Source: Clostridia bacterium
GTDB lineage: Bacteria > Bacillota > Clostridia > TANB77 > CAG-508
Direction: 5' to 3'
Assembly: GCA_017536685.1 (NCBI GenBank)
Contig: JAFXGW010000025.1
Location: forward strand, 2,816 to 66,815
Length of the DNA stretch: 64,000 nt
In this document: piece by piece, positions 1 to 10,059 of the stretch
Layout: every line of letters starts with the position of its first letter
Position numbering within the stretch: position 1 is the first letter of the stretch
Notes under the pieces: model-generated
Seen by the model: only the letters and a program-made list of their open reading frames with translations
Database searches by the model: none
What the model was told of the DNA's origin: nothing
Program-made: the position numbers and the translations under genes

Positions 1-3000
1 CCTGTAAAAAATTTTATTGCACCTCTTAAACGTTCTTTCGTTGTTTCGTCTAAATTAGTGATATCTATATTTACAGTTTTTACAGTATTTAATTTTGTTT
101 CTATTTTTTCTATTTCTGCATTTACATCTTCTGAAAATTCTTTTATATTAGTTGCAACAATTTTTACTGGTTCATCTTCTCTAACACTTAGTCTTCCTTC
201 TACTAAAACAATATTATCATCAACAATAAAATGACTTGTTTTAGAATATACCGTATCGAAGATTACAATTTCAGCCATACCATAAAAATCTTCTAAGTTT
301 ACAAAAGCCATTGTTGTATTTTTTCTAGTAAATTTTTTATTTACTTTAGATATAACACCAACAAATTTTATTGTTTGTCCATCCTTAAAGTTTTGAGGTT
401 CTCCAAATTCTTCAATTTCTTCATTCATTTTTATCATGTCAAGAGTTGAAATATTAGCAAGTTTAGCTATTTTATCCCTTATTTTATCTAAAGGATGACC
501 TGAAATATAAACACCTAACATTTCTTTTTCTAATATTAATAGCTCTTTTTCTGGCATTTCTTCTTTTTCAATAAATGTATATTTTTGAGTTTCAACAACT
601 TCTTCTGATTCTTCCATTAAATCAAACATTGAAACTTGATTTGCTATTTTATTTCTTGATTCATTGTTTATTGTATCTATTATTGTTTCAAATGATGCAA
701 GTAGCGTTGCTCTTGTTTTTCCAAATTCATCAAAAGCTCCTGCTTTAATTAAACTTTCTATACATCTTTTGTTTATCGATTCATCTTTTACTCTTTCACA
801 AAAACTAGTAAAACTTTCAAATGGACCGTTAAGTTCTCTTTCTCTAACTATACTATCAATTACAGCAACACCAACATTTTTAACACTTCCAAGACCAAAT
901 CTAATTTTGTTGTTAACAACAGTAAATTTTGTATAACTTTGATTTATACTTGGATTTAAAATTTCAATTCCCATATCTTTACAATCTTGAATATATACAG
1001 GAATTTTATCTAGGTTTCCTAAAAAGCTGTTTAAAGTTGCAGCCATTAATTCTTCTTTATAATAGCGTTTTAAGAAAGCAGTTCTATAAGATACGACCGC
1101 ATAAGCAGCAGCATGTGATTTGTTAAATGCATATTTTGCAAATTCAGACATTTCATCAAAAATTTTATTTGCAGACACAGCATCAATACCATTTCTTACA
1201 CAACCTGGTACTTCAACATTTCCATTTTCATCAACTTGACCATTAATGAAAACTTCTCTTTCTTTTTCCATTACATCAAGTTTTTTCTTACCCATAGCAC
1301 GTCTAACAAGGTCAGCTCTACCAAGCGAATATCCAGCTAAATCTCTAACAATTTGCATAACTTGTTCTTGATAAACCATACATCCATAAGTTACATTTAG
1401 AATTGGCTCTAACGCTGGGTGAGTGTATTCATTATGACCTGGATTCATTTTTCCTTTTATATATCTTGGAATTTGATCCATTGGTCCTGGACGATAAAGA
1501 GAAACACCTGCGACAATATCTTCAAAACAATCTGGTTTTAATTCTTTCATAAACGAAGTAATACCAGCACTTTCAAATTGGAATATACCAAAAGATTTAC
1601 CATCTTGCCAAAGTTTATAAACTTCTGGGTCATCCATTTTTTCGTCAAATTTTACATCTATTCCTCTGTTTTGTTTTATTAAATCTAAACAATTTGCAAT
1701 AACACTTAAAGTTCTCAAGCCCAAAAAGTCCATTTTTAAAAGTCCAAGTTCTTCTAAAAGAACCATTGTATATTGTGCAACAACGTTTCCATCATTTGTA
1801 CAAAGTGGAACGTAAGTATCTACTGGATCTTTTGTTATAACAACACCACAAGCGTGAGTTGAAGCATTTCTTGGCATTCCCTCTAAACCTTTTGCTATAT
1901 CTATAATTCTTTTTGTTGTTTCATCATTTTCATATTGTTCACGAAGTTCTCTATTTTGTTCTAAAGCTTTATCTAAAGTCATATGAACTTCAAATGGAAT
2001 CATTTTTGCAATTTTATCTACATCTGAATATGGAACATCTAAAACTCTACCAACATCACGCACAACACTTTTTGCAGACATTGTACCAAATGTTATAATT
2101 TGAGAAACGTGGTCTCTTCCATATTTTTTTGCAACATAGTCAATTACTTCTTGTCTTCTTTCATCAGAAAAATCAACGTCAAAATCTGGCATGCTAATTC
2201 TATCTGGATTTAAGAATCTTTCAAAAAGTAAATTATATTTTAATGGGTCTATATCTGTAATCCCAATAGCATATGCAACAATAGAACCTGCTCCAGAACC
2301 TCTTCCTGGTCCTACTGGAATTCCAATTGATTTTGCATAGTGGATATAATCCCAAACAATAAGATAGTAATCAACATATCCCATTCTTTCAATTATTCCA
2401 AGCTCGTATTCTGTTCTTTGTTTTACTGTATCATCAAAATTTTCACTATAACGTTCTTTTATTCCATCCCAAGTTAATTTTCTAAAATATTCTTCATGAG
2501 TTGCAAACTCTGGTGGAACATCATAGTTAGGAAGTTTTGTAACACCAAATTCAAAATCAAAATTACATTTTTCTGCAATTTTTACTGTATTTTCAATAGC
2601 TTCTGGTACTGCTGAAAAATAATCTGCCATTTCCTCTGGTGTTTTTATATAAAACTCATTCGTTTCAAATCTCATTCTGTCGCTATCAGTCATCTTTTTA
2701 GCGGTTTGAATGCAAAGTAAAATTTCATGGTTATAACTATCTTCTTGTTTTAAATAGTGAGCATCATTTGTCGCAACAAGAGGAATATTTAGCTCTCTTG
2801 AAAGCCCGATTAATCTTTGGTTTACCATTACTTGTTCTGGCACACCATTATTTTGAATTTCTAAATAATAATCTTCTCCAAAAACTTTTTTATGCCAAAG
2901 AGCAATTTCTTTTGCTTTTTCCATATCATCTTTAATAATTGCTTGATTTATTTGTCCAGCTAAACACGCACTTAGACAAATTAATCCTTCACTATACTTT

Positions 3001-3377
3001 TCTAATATTTCTAAATCTATACGTGGTTTATAATAATACCCTTCTGTAAAACTCATAGATACTAATTTAATAAGATTTTGATATCCAGTTTTATTTTTTG
3101 CAAGCAAAATAAGATGTGCATAATTATCATCAATACCAGATTCTTTTTCAAATCTAGTTCTTGGTGCTACATATACTTCACATCCAATAATAGGTTTTAT
3201 TCCTTCTTTTACACATTCTTTATAAAAGTTAACAGCTCCATACATAACTCCATGATCTGTTAATGCAATAGCTTTCATTCCAAGTTCTTTTGCTCTCTTT
3301 GGTAAATCTTTAATTCTACACATTCCATCTAGCAAACTGTATTCACTATGGACATGTAAATGTACAAAATCTGGCAT
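1..3377 (-). CDS. dnaE: DNA polymerase III alpha subunit (3' end runs off the window; absent from ORF track)
   Basis: Manual translation from ATG at 3377: MPDFVHLHVHSEYSLLDG (PHP domain), GPGRGSGAGS, SMPDFDVDF, YAFNKSHAAAY motifs; frame consistent at window start. Confidence 0.97.
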   Translation of the reverse strand, partial: MPDFVHLHVHSEYSLLDGMCRIKDLPKRAKELGMKAIALTDHGVMYGAVNFYKECVKEGIKPIIGCEVYVAPRTRFEKESGIDDNYAHLILLAKNKTGYQNLIKLVSMSFTEGYYYKPRIDLEILEKYSEGLICLSACLAGQINQAIIKDDMEKAKEIALWHKKVFGEDYYLEIQNNGVPEQVMVNQRLIGLSRELNIPLVATNDAHYLKQEDSYNHEILLCIQTAKKMTDSDRMRFETNEFYIKTPEEMADYFSAVPEAIENTVKIAEKCNFDFEFGVTKLPNYDVPPEFATHEEYFRKLTWDGIKERYSENFDDTVKQRTEYELGIIERMGYVDYYLIVWDYIHYAKSIGIPVGPGRGSGAGSIVAYAIGITDIDPLKYNLLFERFLNPDRISMPDFDVDFSDERRQEVIDYVAKKYGRDHVSQIITFGTMSAKSVVRDVGRVLDVPYSDVDKIAKMIPFEVHMTLDKALEQNRELREQYENDETTKRIIDIAKGLEGMPRNASTHACGVVITKDPVDTYVPLCTNDGNVVAQYTMVLLEELGLLKMDFLGLRTLSVIANCLDLIKQNRGIDVKFDEKMDDPEVYKLWQDGKSFGIFQFESAGITSFMKELKPDCFEDIVAGVSLYRPGPMDQIPRYIKGKMNPGHNEYTHPALEPILNVTYGCMVYQEQVMQIVRDLAGYSLGRADLVRRAMGKKKLDVMEKEREVFINGQVDENGNVEVPGCVRNGIDAVSANKIFDEMSEFAKYAFNKSHAAAYAVVSYRTAFLKRYYKEELMAATLNSFLGNLDKIPVYIQDCKDMGIEILNPSINQSYTKFTVVNNKIRFGLGSVKNVGVAVIDSIVRERELNGPFESFTSFCERVKDESINKRCIESLIKAGAFDEFGKTRATLLASFETIIDTINNESRNKIANQVSMFDLMEESEEVVETQKYTFIEKEEMPEKELLILEKEMLGVYISGHPLDKIRDKIAKLANISTLDMIKMNEEIEEFGEPQNFKDGQTIKFVGVISKVNKKFTRKNTTMAFVNLEDFYGMAEIVIFDTVYSKTSHFIVDDNIVLVEGRLSVREDEPVKIVATNIKEFSEDVNAEIEKIETKLNTVKTVNIDITNLDETTKERLRGAIKFFT

Positions 3378-3430
3378 ATTTTTTCCCCTTTTTCCTCATA
3401 AATTGTGTTTAAATTCCCTTTTTATTTCTT

Positions 3431-3664
3431 TTATAGTATTTTTATAATTTCATCTAAATCTTTTTGTCCCACCGGAATTTTTACAATTTGAAATTTTGAA
3501 ACTTTATCACCAAATTTAATTTCAACAATATCTCCAACTTTCACCTCGTAGCTTGGTTTTACAACTTTTCCATTTACTGAAATTCTTCCTGAATCTGCTG
3601 CATCATTTGCAACAGTTCTTCTTTTTATAACTCTACTAACTTTTAAAAATTTATCTAATCTCAT
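3431..3664 (-). CDS. yabO: S4-domain RNA-binding protein (YabO/RqcP-HslR family)
   Basis: [19 protein letters not shown]...VKVGDIVEI signature. Confidence 0.9.
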   Translation of the reverse strand: MRLDKFLKVSRVIKRRTVANDAADSGRISVNGKVVKPSYEVKVGDIVEIKFGDKVSKFQIVKIPVGQKDLDEIIKIL

Positions 3665-3764
3665 TTTTAATCCTTTTCTGTTATATATTTATTATAAGTT
3701 GTTATTATCTAAACTTAAAACATACTATTATGTTAAACAAGTTCAAAATATACTAAGTTAATTT

Positions 3765-4658
3765 CTAAAATACAAAAAAATCATCATATTTTCTAGCAAG
3801 TCCTAACCAAATATCATCATCATATAATTTAAAATATTTATATATTCCTTTAGCTTCATCTTGATACCATTTTCCATATCTTTCAAGTTGCAGCATTTTT
3901 GCTTCTTTAAAAAAATTATGTCTTGCCAATCCATTTCCATTCATGCCACAAAAAGTTAAATTCATTAAAACTTTATCTTCATTTAAAATACCACTTTCAA
4001 TTATCTTTTGTTTTACAAGTTCAATATCATAATCAACAAGCCTTAAATCTATATTTTCTATTTTTCCATTATTTATTGTTAATATTACATATTCTGCTTT
4101 TCCAATATAATATGGCGAAACACCTGTGCACCCTGCATTTAATACTAATTTTCCATTTATTTCTTTATACCACATTTTTTCATGAGTATGTCCAAAAATT
4201 AAAGCATCTGCTTGTAATTCATTTACATATTTTTCTATTAATTCTGTATTCCATTGATTTAATAATTCTTCAACAGATTTTGGAGAACCATGTGCTACTA
4301 ACAAATTTACTCCTTCATAAGATATTTCCATACAATGAGGCAAATTTCTTATATAAGCTCTATTTTCTTCTGTTAATTCTTCATACATAAATTTAGTATT
4401 TTTAAATTGAATATTACTCCAATTATATTTTTCTTGTTCAAATTCAATTAAATATTGTTCCTTGTTTCCTTTTAAAACTTTATCTGTGGTGTTTTTTACT
4501 ATTTCTAAAGTTTTATTGCCAAAAGGTAAATCATTTACTAAATCCCCAGAAAATATATACTCATCAACCCCATTCAATTTTGCATCTTTTAATACTTCTT
4601 CTAATGCAATGCTATTTCCATGAATATCTGAAATTATTGCTACTTTTATTACTACCAC
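3765..4658 (-). CDS. Calcineurin-like metallophosphoesterase
   Basis: SDIHGN, GDLV, GNKE, AHGSP, FGHTH motifs. Confidence 0.88.
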   Translation of the reverse strand: MVVIKVAIISDIHGNSIALEEVLKDAKLNGVDEYIFSGDLVNDLPFGNKTLEIVKNTTDKVLKGNKEQYLIEFEQEKYNWSNIQFKNTKFMYEELTEENRAYIRNLPHCMEISYEGVNLLVAHGSPKSVEELLNQWNTELIEKYVNELQADALIFGHTHEKMWYKEINGKLVLNAGCTGVSPYYIGKAEYVILTINNGKIENIDLRLVDYDIELVKQKIIESGILNEDKVLMNLTFCGMNGNGLARHNFFKEAKMLQLERYGKWYQDEAKGIYKYFKLYDDDIWLGLARKYDDFFVF

Positions 4659-4782
4659 CCCTTTGATTTAAATGCATTATATCATGCTTATTTTTTTATT
4701 TCAATAATAGACTTTTCTGACAAAAATCTTTTTAAAAGAATGAATTCTATTTTGTAGGACTCATTCTTTTCCACACCATTAT

Positions 4783-5301
4783 TTATCTTCCTCTTCTACA
4801 CATATTATTTGAATTAAATGTATTTGAATTTTCTCTCGATGCTGAACTTATTGTTTCAATATCTTGATTAAAATTATTACAATTAAAATTGTTCAAGTTA
4901 TTGAAATTACTTAATGGATTAATTGTATTTAAACTATTAATTGAATTTAAATTATTAAAAGTTCTTAAATTATTACTTCCTCCATTATTTACACTAAATG
5001 TATTATTTAAATTACAGTCTAAACATTCATCTTTACAAAATCCACACATATCATCACAACTATTATTACACCTTCTGTTTATTATAATTCTAACTAAAGC
5101 TGCTATTATAAAAGCAAGAAGTGTATATATAATTGCTGCAACAATATATATTGCGTCTCCACCTAAAGCAAAAGCAACTACTATAAAAATTGCGAAAAAA
5201 ATTCCTGCAACCTTAAACGGACAATGTATAAATGTTTCTAATATTGCTGCTAAAATTATTACTGCTAATGGAATTGCAAAAAAAATTAGTAAAATATTCA
5301 T
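4783..5301 (-). CDS. Small membrane protein (YbeF/DUF2651-like) with Asn/Cys-rich low-complexity tail
   Basis: Three hydrophobic N-terminal segments, then N-rich tail; RBS ggaggt upstream. Confidence 0.6.
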   Translation of the reverse strand: MNILLIFFAIPLAVIILAAILETFIHCPFKVAGIFFAIFIVVAFALGGDAIYIVAAIIYTLLAFIIAALVRIIINRRCNNSCDDMCGFCKDECLDCNLNNTFSVNNGGSNNLRTFNNLNSINSLNTINPLSNFNNLNNFNCNNFNQDIETISSASRENSNTFNSNNMCRRGR

Positions 5302-5394
5302 ATAATAAATACCTCCAAATTTAAGTATTTATATATAATATTCTACTAATTTTATCTTTGTTACATAACTATTATCTTCAAAAAAATTATATGT

Positions 5395-6129
5395 TTAATA
5401 TGTTACCTCCATTAAACATAATCCATGAGCTGGAAGCGTTCGACCAGCATTTACTCTTTCTTTTTTTTCTATAATTTCTTTTATCTCTTCTGGTTTTATC
5501 TTACCACACCCTACTTCTAATAAAGTTCCAGAAATAATTCTTACCATATTATATAAAAATCCATTTCCAGTAAGCTCAATAAAAATTCTATCATTTGATT
5601 TTATAACTTCTGCTTTATATATAGTTCTTACACTACTTTTACTACTAGTTCCACTCGCTTTAAATGCTTTAAAATCATGTTCTCCTTCAAAATATTTTGC
5701 TGCTTCCTGCATTTTTTCTACATCTAATTTTATAGGAAAATGGTATTCCATATCCCTATAAATAGCACTTCCCATTTCTGAATTATTTATAGTATACCTA
5801 TATCTTTTTGATTTTACTGAATATCTACTATGAAACCTTTCTTCAACTTCTTCTGCTTTTTTTATGACAATACTTTTTTTTAATTTCGAATTTATTGCTA
5901 TTGGAAATTTTTCTACTGGAATATTACTTTCTGTTTTAAAATTAGCTGTTTGACCTAAACTATGAACTCCAGCATCAGTTCTTCCAGATGCAATTAAATC
6001 AATTTTTTCTCCTGTTATTTCACTAATAGCCTTTTCTATTTCACCTTGAATATTTAATTTATTCGGTTGCTTTTGCCATCCATTAAAGCTTTTACCATCA
6101 TATTCTATTATTAATTTAATATTTCTCAT
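5395..6129 (-). CDS. truA: tRNA pseudouridine(38-40) synthase
   Basis: YDGKSFNGWQ, SGRTDAGVHS, GNGFLYNMVRII motifs. Confidence 0.97.
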   Translation of the reverse strand: MRNIKLIIEYDGKSFNGWQKQPNKLNIQGEIEKAISEITGEKIDLIASGRTDAGVHSLGQTANFKTESNIPVEKFPIAINSKLKKSIVIKKAEEVEERFHSRYSVKSKRYRYTINNSEMGSAIYRDMEYHFPIKLDVEKMQEAAKYFEGEHDFKAFKASGTSSKSSVRTIYKAEVIKSNDRIFIELTGNGFLYNMVRIISGTLLEVGCGKIKPEEIKEIIEKKERVNAGRTLPAHGLCLMEVTY

Positions 6130-6270
6130 ATCTACTCCATATTAATACATTTTTATAATATTACCATAATTTTCAAGATTTAACAATAATTTAATAATAC
6201 AAATTATTGCCATAATTTATTACTTATGATAAAATTTTTATGAATATTTTATAAACGGAAGGTGATTGTT

Positions 6271-6832
6271 ATGGATTTATTATTAGAAGCAAAAAAATCA
6301 AATAAAGAAGCTTTTTATGAATTAGTTGATAAATATAATCACGTTTTTTATAAAACTGCAAGAGTATTTTTCACAGATGATGAAGATATTAATCCAGTTC
6401 TTCATAAATCTTTAGCACAAGCATTTACAGAGCTATCAAATGTAAAAACAGAACAAGAATTTTTATGTTGGACTTTAAGAATTATTATTTTTGATTGTGC
6501 AAAACAAAAAGAAAAATTTTCAAAAAACTTCAAAAATAGATTACGGTTCGGGCAAATTATCAGTTTCTATAACTGATAAAGTTGCAATTTCAGAAGCAGC
6601 TGTTGATAATGCAGAATATCAAGCATATAGAAAAATGTCTGCTGTAGAAGAATTTATAACAAGCATCGAAGCTGAGTTCAGAATTCCAGCACTTTTATAT
6701 TTTTATGCAAATCTTTCAATTCAAGAAATCTCAAAAATTTTAAAAGCTTCAGAATATGAAATAACTCAAATTATAGATAAGTCTCGAATTAAAATTTATG
6801 AAATGATAAAAAACAAGGAGGTTGATTTATAA
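6271..6832 (+). pseudogene. ECF-type sigma factor, split by a +1 frameshift as assembled (about 186 aa if repaired)
   Basis: Frame 1 gives a region-2-like N-half (EAFYELVDKY...FLCWTLRII); frame 2 gives a region-4-like C-half (FRIPALLYFYANLSIQEISKIL); frames overlap at about 6480-6576; RBS ggaaggtga before ATG 6271. Confidence 0.75.
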
Positions 6833-7845
6833 TGAATGGATTTGAAAAATTACACAAAGAGCAAGATGATTTTATAAAAAATACTTTACAAGAAGATAGA
6901 ATTATTAGCCAACCAATTTTTGATAATTTTTCTAGTTCTATGGATAAAACAAAAATTAAAGTAAAAAAATATTCTTATAAGCAACAAAAAATCATTATAT
7001 TTTTATTATTACTTTTAGCACTTTCTATCTGTTTAAATTTTTATCTTGCTATAGTAAAAGAAACACCTACAACAATTACAAAAATTTTCGAAACAGCTAA
7101 AGAAAAAATATCTTTACCAGTTGAAAATAATAAAGTAATAGAAAGTCAACAACCTAATAATGACAAAGAAATAATTAATCCGCCTGTATCTACACCAGAA
7201 ACTCCTCCATCAATTGAAGAAGATAACATTACTGAAGTTCCAGATGAGCAAGTTAACCCTGTTCTTACACCTAATATTTTTACAGAAGTAGATACTAACG
7301 AAGTAGAAAAATTTGTTGATCAGTTTGCAATAGGAATAAATAAACTAGATTTACAAGATACTTCAAATTTAGAAAGTAACACAATCTTATTGTATATAGC
7401 ACAACAATATTTTTCATCAAAATCAAATATACCAACATCTTTAACAGTAGATACAAGTTATGCATCTTCAAGCGAAAATTTCCATAGATTTTTAAGTGAA
7501 TTTACAATAAATAATTATCTAAATATAAATCACTTAAATTCATATACAAATTATATAGGATACGTTTCTCGTAGCAAATCTTATATTAATGGTGCAGACT
7601 ATGCTACACTTGCAAAGGAACAATATAAATGTGAAGATGTAACAATTACTCAAAAAGAAGATAATTTATATTCAGCAAAAGCAAGAGTTATAAGAACTTA
7701 TGAAAATGAAATTGCTACATATGAAGTTAATTTTACATTTAAAGTTAATAGTAATTACAAATATCAAAAATATAAATTATTATCATTAGATGCAGAAGTT
7801 ACTTCTAGTAATGTAGATACTACAATACATTTAGTTAATAATTAA
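6832..7845 (+). CDS. Putative anti-sigma factor (single TM, Pro/Glu-rich linker, extracellular domain)
   Basis: Start overlaps the sigma stop; basic stretch then TM IIIFLLLLLALSICLNFYLAIV; PPVSTPETPP linker. Confidence 0.6.
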   Translation: MNGFEKLHKEQDDFIKNTLQEDRIISQPIFDNFSSSMDKTKIKVKKYSYKQQKIIIFLLLLLALSICLNFYLAIVKETPTTITKIFETAKEKISLPVENNKVIESQQPNNDKEIINPPVSTPETPPSIEEDNITEVPDEQVNPVLTPNIFTEVDTNEVEKFVDQFAIGINKLDLQDTSNLESNTILLYIAQQYFSSKSNIPTSLTVDTSYASSSENFHRFLSEFTINNYLNINHLNSYTNYIGYVSRSKSYINGADYATLAKEQYKCEDVTITQKEDNLYSAKARVIRTYENEIATYEVNFTFKVNSNYKYQKYKLLSLDAEVTSSNVDTTIHLVNN

Positions 7846-7870
7846 TATCTCAAAAAACAATTTTCCTATT

Positions 7871-7917
7871 AAAAAAGAGCAAATACTATTCTATAAATAA
7901 TATTTGCTCTTTTTTTT
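7871..7917. terminator. Bidirectional intrinsic terminator
   Basis: aaaaaagagcaaata...tatttgctctttttttt between convergent genes. Confidence 0.85.
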
Positions 7918-7926
7918 ATAAAATTT

Positions 7927-8820
7927 TTATTTATTATTCTTTTCTTGTGCTTCCTTAAAATCTTCAGCTTTTTTTAGTTTACTTGCTGGATTTATTGGTT
8001 CATTAATTAAATTTTTTATTAAAATTTTCTTTAATACATCTTCTCTTACATCAGCAATTAATGTTCCATCTTTTGCAATAGACATTCTTCCTGTTTCTTC
8101 TGAAATAACTACAACCATTGCATCTGATTCTTTTGAAATTCCAATTGCAGCTCTATGTCTTGTGCCTAACTCCCTTGCAATATCTTTATCATCTGCTAAT
8201 GGTAGCATACATGAAGCAGCAGCAATTTTATTATCACTAATAACAACCGCCCCATCATGAAGTGGTGTATTGGGTTCAAAAATATTAACTAGTAATTGTG
8301 GAGAAATTTCCGAATTCATTATGATTCCTGTTGAAATAATATCTTGAATTTTTATATCTCTTTCAATTACAATTAAAGCTCCTTTTTTTTGCTTTGCAAG
8401 TTCTACAGCTGCAATAGCTATTTTGTAAACATTTTCTTTTTTCTTAGCATTTATATCTTTATCTAGCCCTAGTAATCTACTCCATTTATTTGTAGTACCT
8501 AATTGTTCTAAAGCTCTTCTAAGTTCTGGTTGGAAAATAATTATAAGCATTATAACACCATAAGACATTACAGATGTTAATATATAGTTTAAAATTGTTA
8601 ATTTAAAATATCCACTTAAAAATGTAAGTACTATAAGTAGTGCGATTCCTTTTAATAATTGCCATGCTCTAGTTCCTTTTAGCAAACCAAATGCTTTATA
8701 AATTAAGAATAAAACAATTGTAATATCTAAAACTAAGGATATTACACCAAATACTCCTAAATTTGTTAAATTTGCAACAATTTGAGTTTCATAAAAACTT
8801 TTAAAAGCATTTTCTAACAT
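7927..8820 (-). CDS. cdaA: Diadenylate cyclase CdaA (DacA)
   Basis: Three TM segments; FQPELRRALEQLG, TPLHDGAV, LGTRHRAA motifs. Confidence 0.95.
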   Translation of the reverse strand: MLENAFKSFYETQIVANLTNLGVFGVISLVLDITIVLFLIYKAFGLLKGTRAWQLLKGIALLIVLTFLSGYFKLTILNYILTSVMSYGVIMLIIIFQPELRRALEQLGTTNKWSRLLGLDKDINAKKKENVYKIAIAAVELAKQKKGALIVIERDIKIQDIISTGIIMNSEISPQLLVNIFEPNTPLHDGAVVISDNKIAAASCMLPLADDKDIARELGTRHRAAIGISKESDAMVVVISEETGRMSIAKDGTLIADVREDVLKKILIKNLINEPINPASKLKKAEDFKEAQEKNNK

Positions 8821-8847
8821 TAATCTTACTCCTATCTCTACTTTATT

Positions 8848-8952
8848 TTACGCAGCCATTAAGTAAATTATTAATGTCGCAAATGTTGGTACTATCATTA
8901 ATGCTAATAAAACTCCTGCAAGAATTCTTTTTAATAATTTCTTTTTATCCAT
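8848..8952 (-). CDS. 34-aa single-TM small protein (DUF4044-like), absent from ORF track
   Basis: MDKKKLLKRILAGVLLALMIVPTFATLIIYLMAA with RBS agagga; directly upstream of cdaA. Confidence 0.7.
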   Translation of the reverse strand: MDKKKLLKRILAGVLLALMIVPTFATLIIYLMAA

Positions 8953-9161
8953 TTATATCATCCTCTTCTTTTTAAATTCTATATATATTTATAACATAAC
9001 ACACATTTTTTTTCAATACAAATTTATGTAAAATAAGTTTTTAATTTTTTTCAAAAATAGAAAAAGATAAGTTTAAAATTTGGATTATTTTAAACTTATC
9101 TTTTATTATACACATTTTGTTTTATTGATTATTATCAATTTGTAATTGATAATAATATATT

Positions 9162-10004
9162 TTATTTCAAATATATTGTAGGATTCACTGGTTTTCCATC
9201 TTTATACATTTCAAAGTGTAAATGTGATTCGTCTGCAATTTCAAAACTTGCTGATTCTCCAACTGTTCCTATTGTTTGACCTTTTTCAACACTTTCATTC
9301 TCATTAACAAATTCAGTTGTTAACAGATTTGAATATATTGTTTTAAACCCATTACTATGAGTAATAGTTATTGTCAAACCATATCTTGGATCATTTTTTA
9401 TACTTTCAACAGTACCTTTTTCAGAAGCAGTTACAATTCCTGTTTTTTGAGCTTTAATATCTATTCCAGAATGAGTTGTCCATTCTTCTAAAGTATTTGA
9501 GTATATTAAATTATCTACAGCAAAGTCTTTTATAATTTCTCCTGAAACAGGTGGTTCAAATTCTAACTCTTCAGAAGCATTTCCATCTATTGTTTCATTT
9601 CCTACAATGTTGCTATCAGCATTAGTATTCAAAAAAGAATTATCTACTAAGTTAGCTGTTGTATTAGATAATGTATTATTAGTTGTATTTGTTATTTTAG
9701 CTTCTACTGGAACTTTATTTACTTTCTTTTTATTTATCGTATTTGTTGTATTTTTATTTCCCTTGGTAGTAGCTTCATTTACTCCCATATCTGATGAAAA
9801 ACTAGTTTCCTCAAGTTCATCATTAGACACAATATCTTCAATCATCCCAAGATTTTCCATAGACATGCTTGATTCTTTTTTCATTTTTTTATTATACATA
9901 ACAAAAATTGTTAAAAATACAACAACTGATAATATTAATGTTATTCCAAAAACATTAATATATTTTTTCATTTTTTCTTCTTCAAAAAATTCTCTTTTTC
10001 CCAT
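9162..10004 (-). CDS. SpoIIQ-like M23 (LytM) membrane peptidase
   Basis: N-terminal TM; YSNTLEEWTTHSGID, HLHFE motifs; follows spoIID; start chosen from RBS ggaggt. Confidence 0.85.
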   Translation of the reverse strand: MGKREFFEEEKMKKYINVFGITLILSVVVFLTIFVMYNKKMKKESSMSMENLGMIEDIVSNDELEETSFSSDMGVNEATTKGNKNTTNTINKKKVNKVPVEAKITNTTNNTLSNTTANLVDNSFLNTNADSNIVGNETIDGNASEELEFEPPVSGEIIKDFAVDNLIYSNTLEEWTTHSGIDIKAQKTGIVTASEKGTVESIKNDPRYGLTITITHSNGFKTIYSNLLTTEFVNENESVEKGQTIGTVGESASFEIADESHLHFEMYKDGKPVNPTIYLK

Positions 10005-10059
10005 CTTAACCTCCATAAATTCTAAATAATTATTATAATTATTTGCATTTTTTTGAAGA

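Noticed and set aside
664-3263. Plus-strand ORFs at 664, 929, 1913 and 3078
   Set aside because: Antisense to dnaE, which the ORF track missed because it runs off the window
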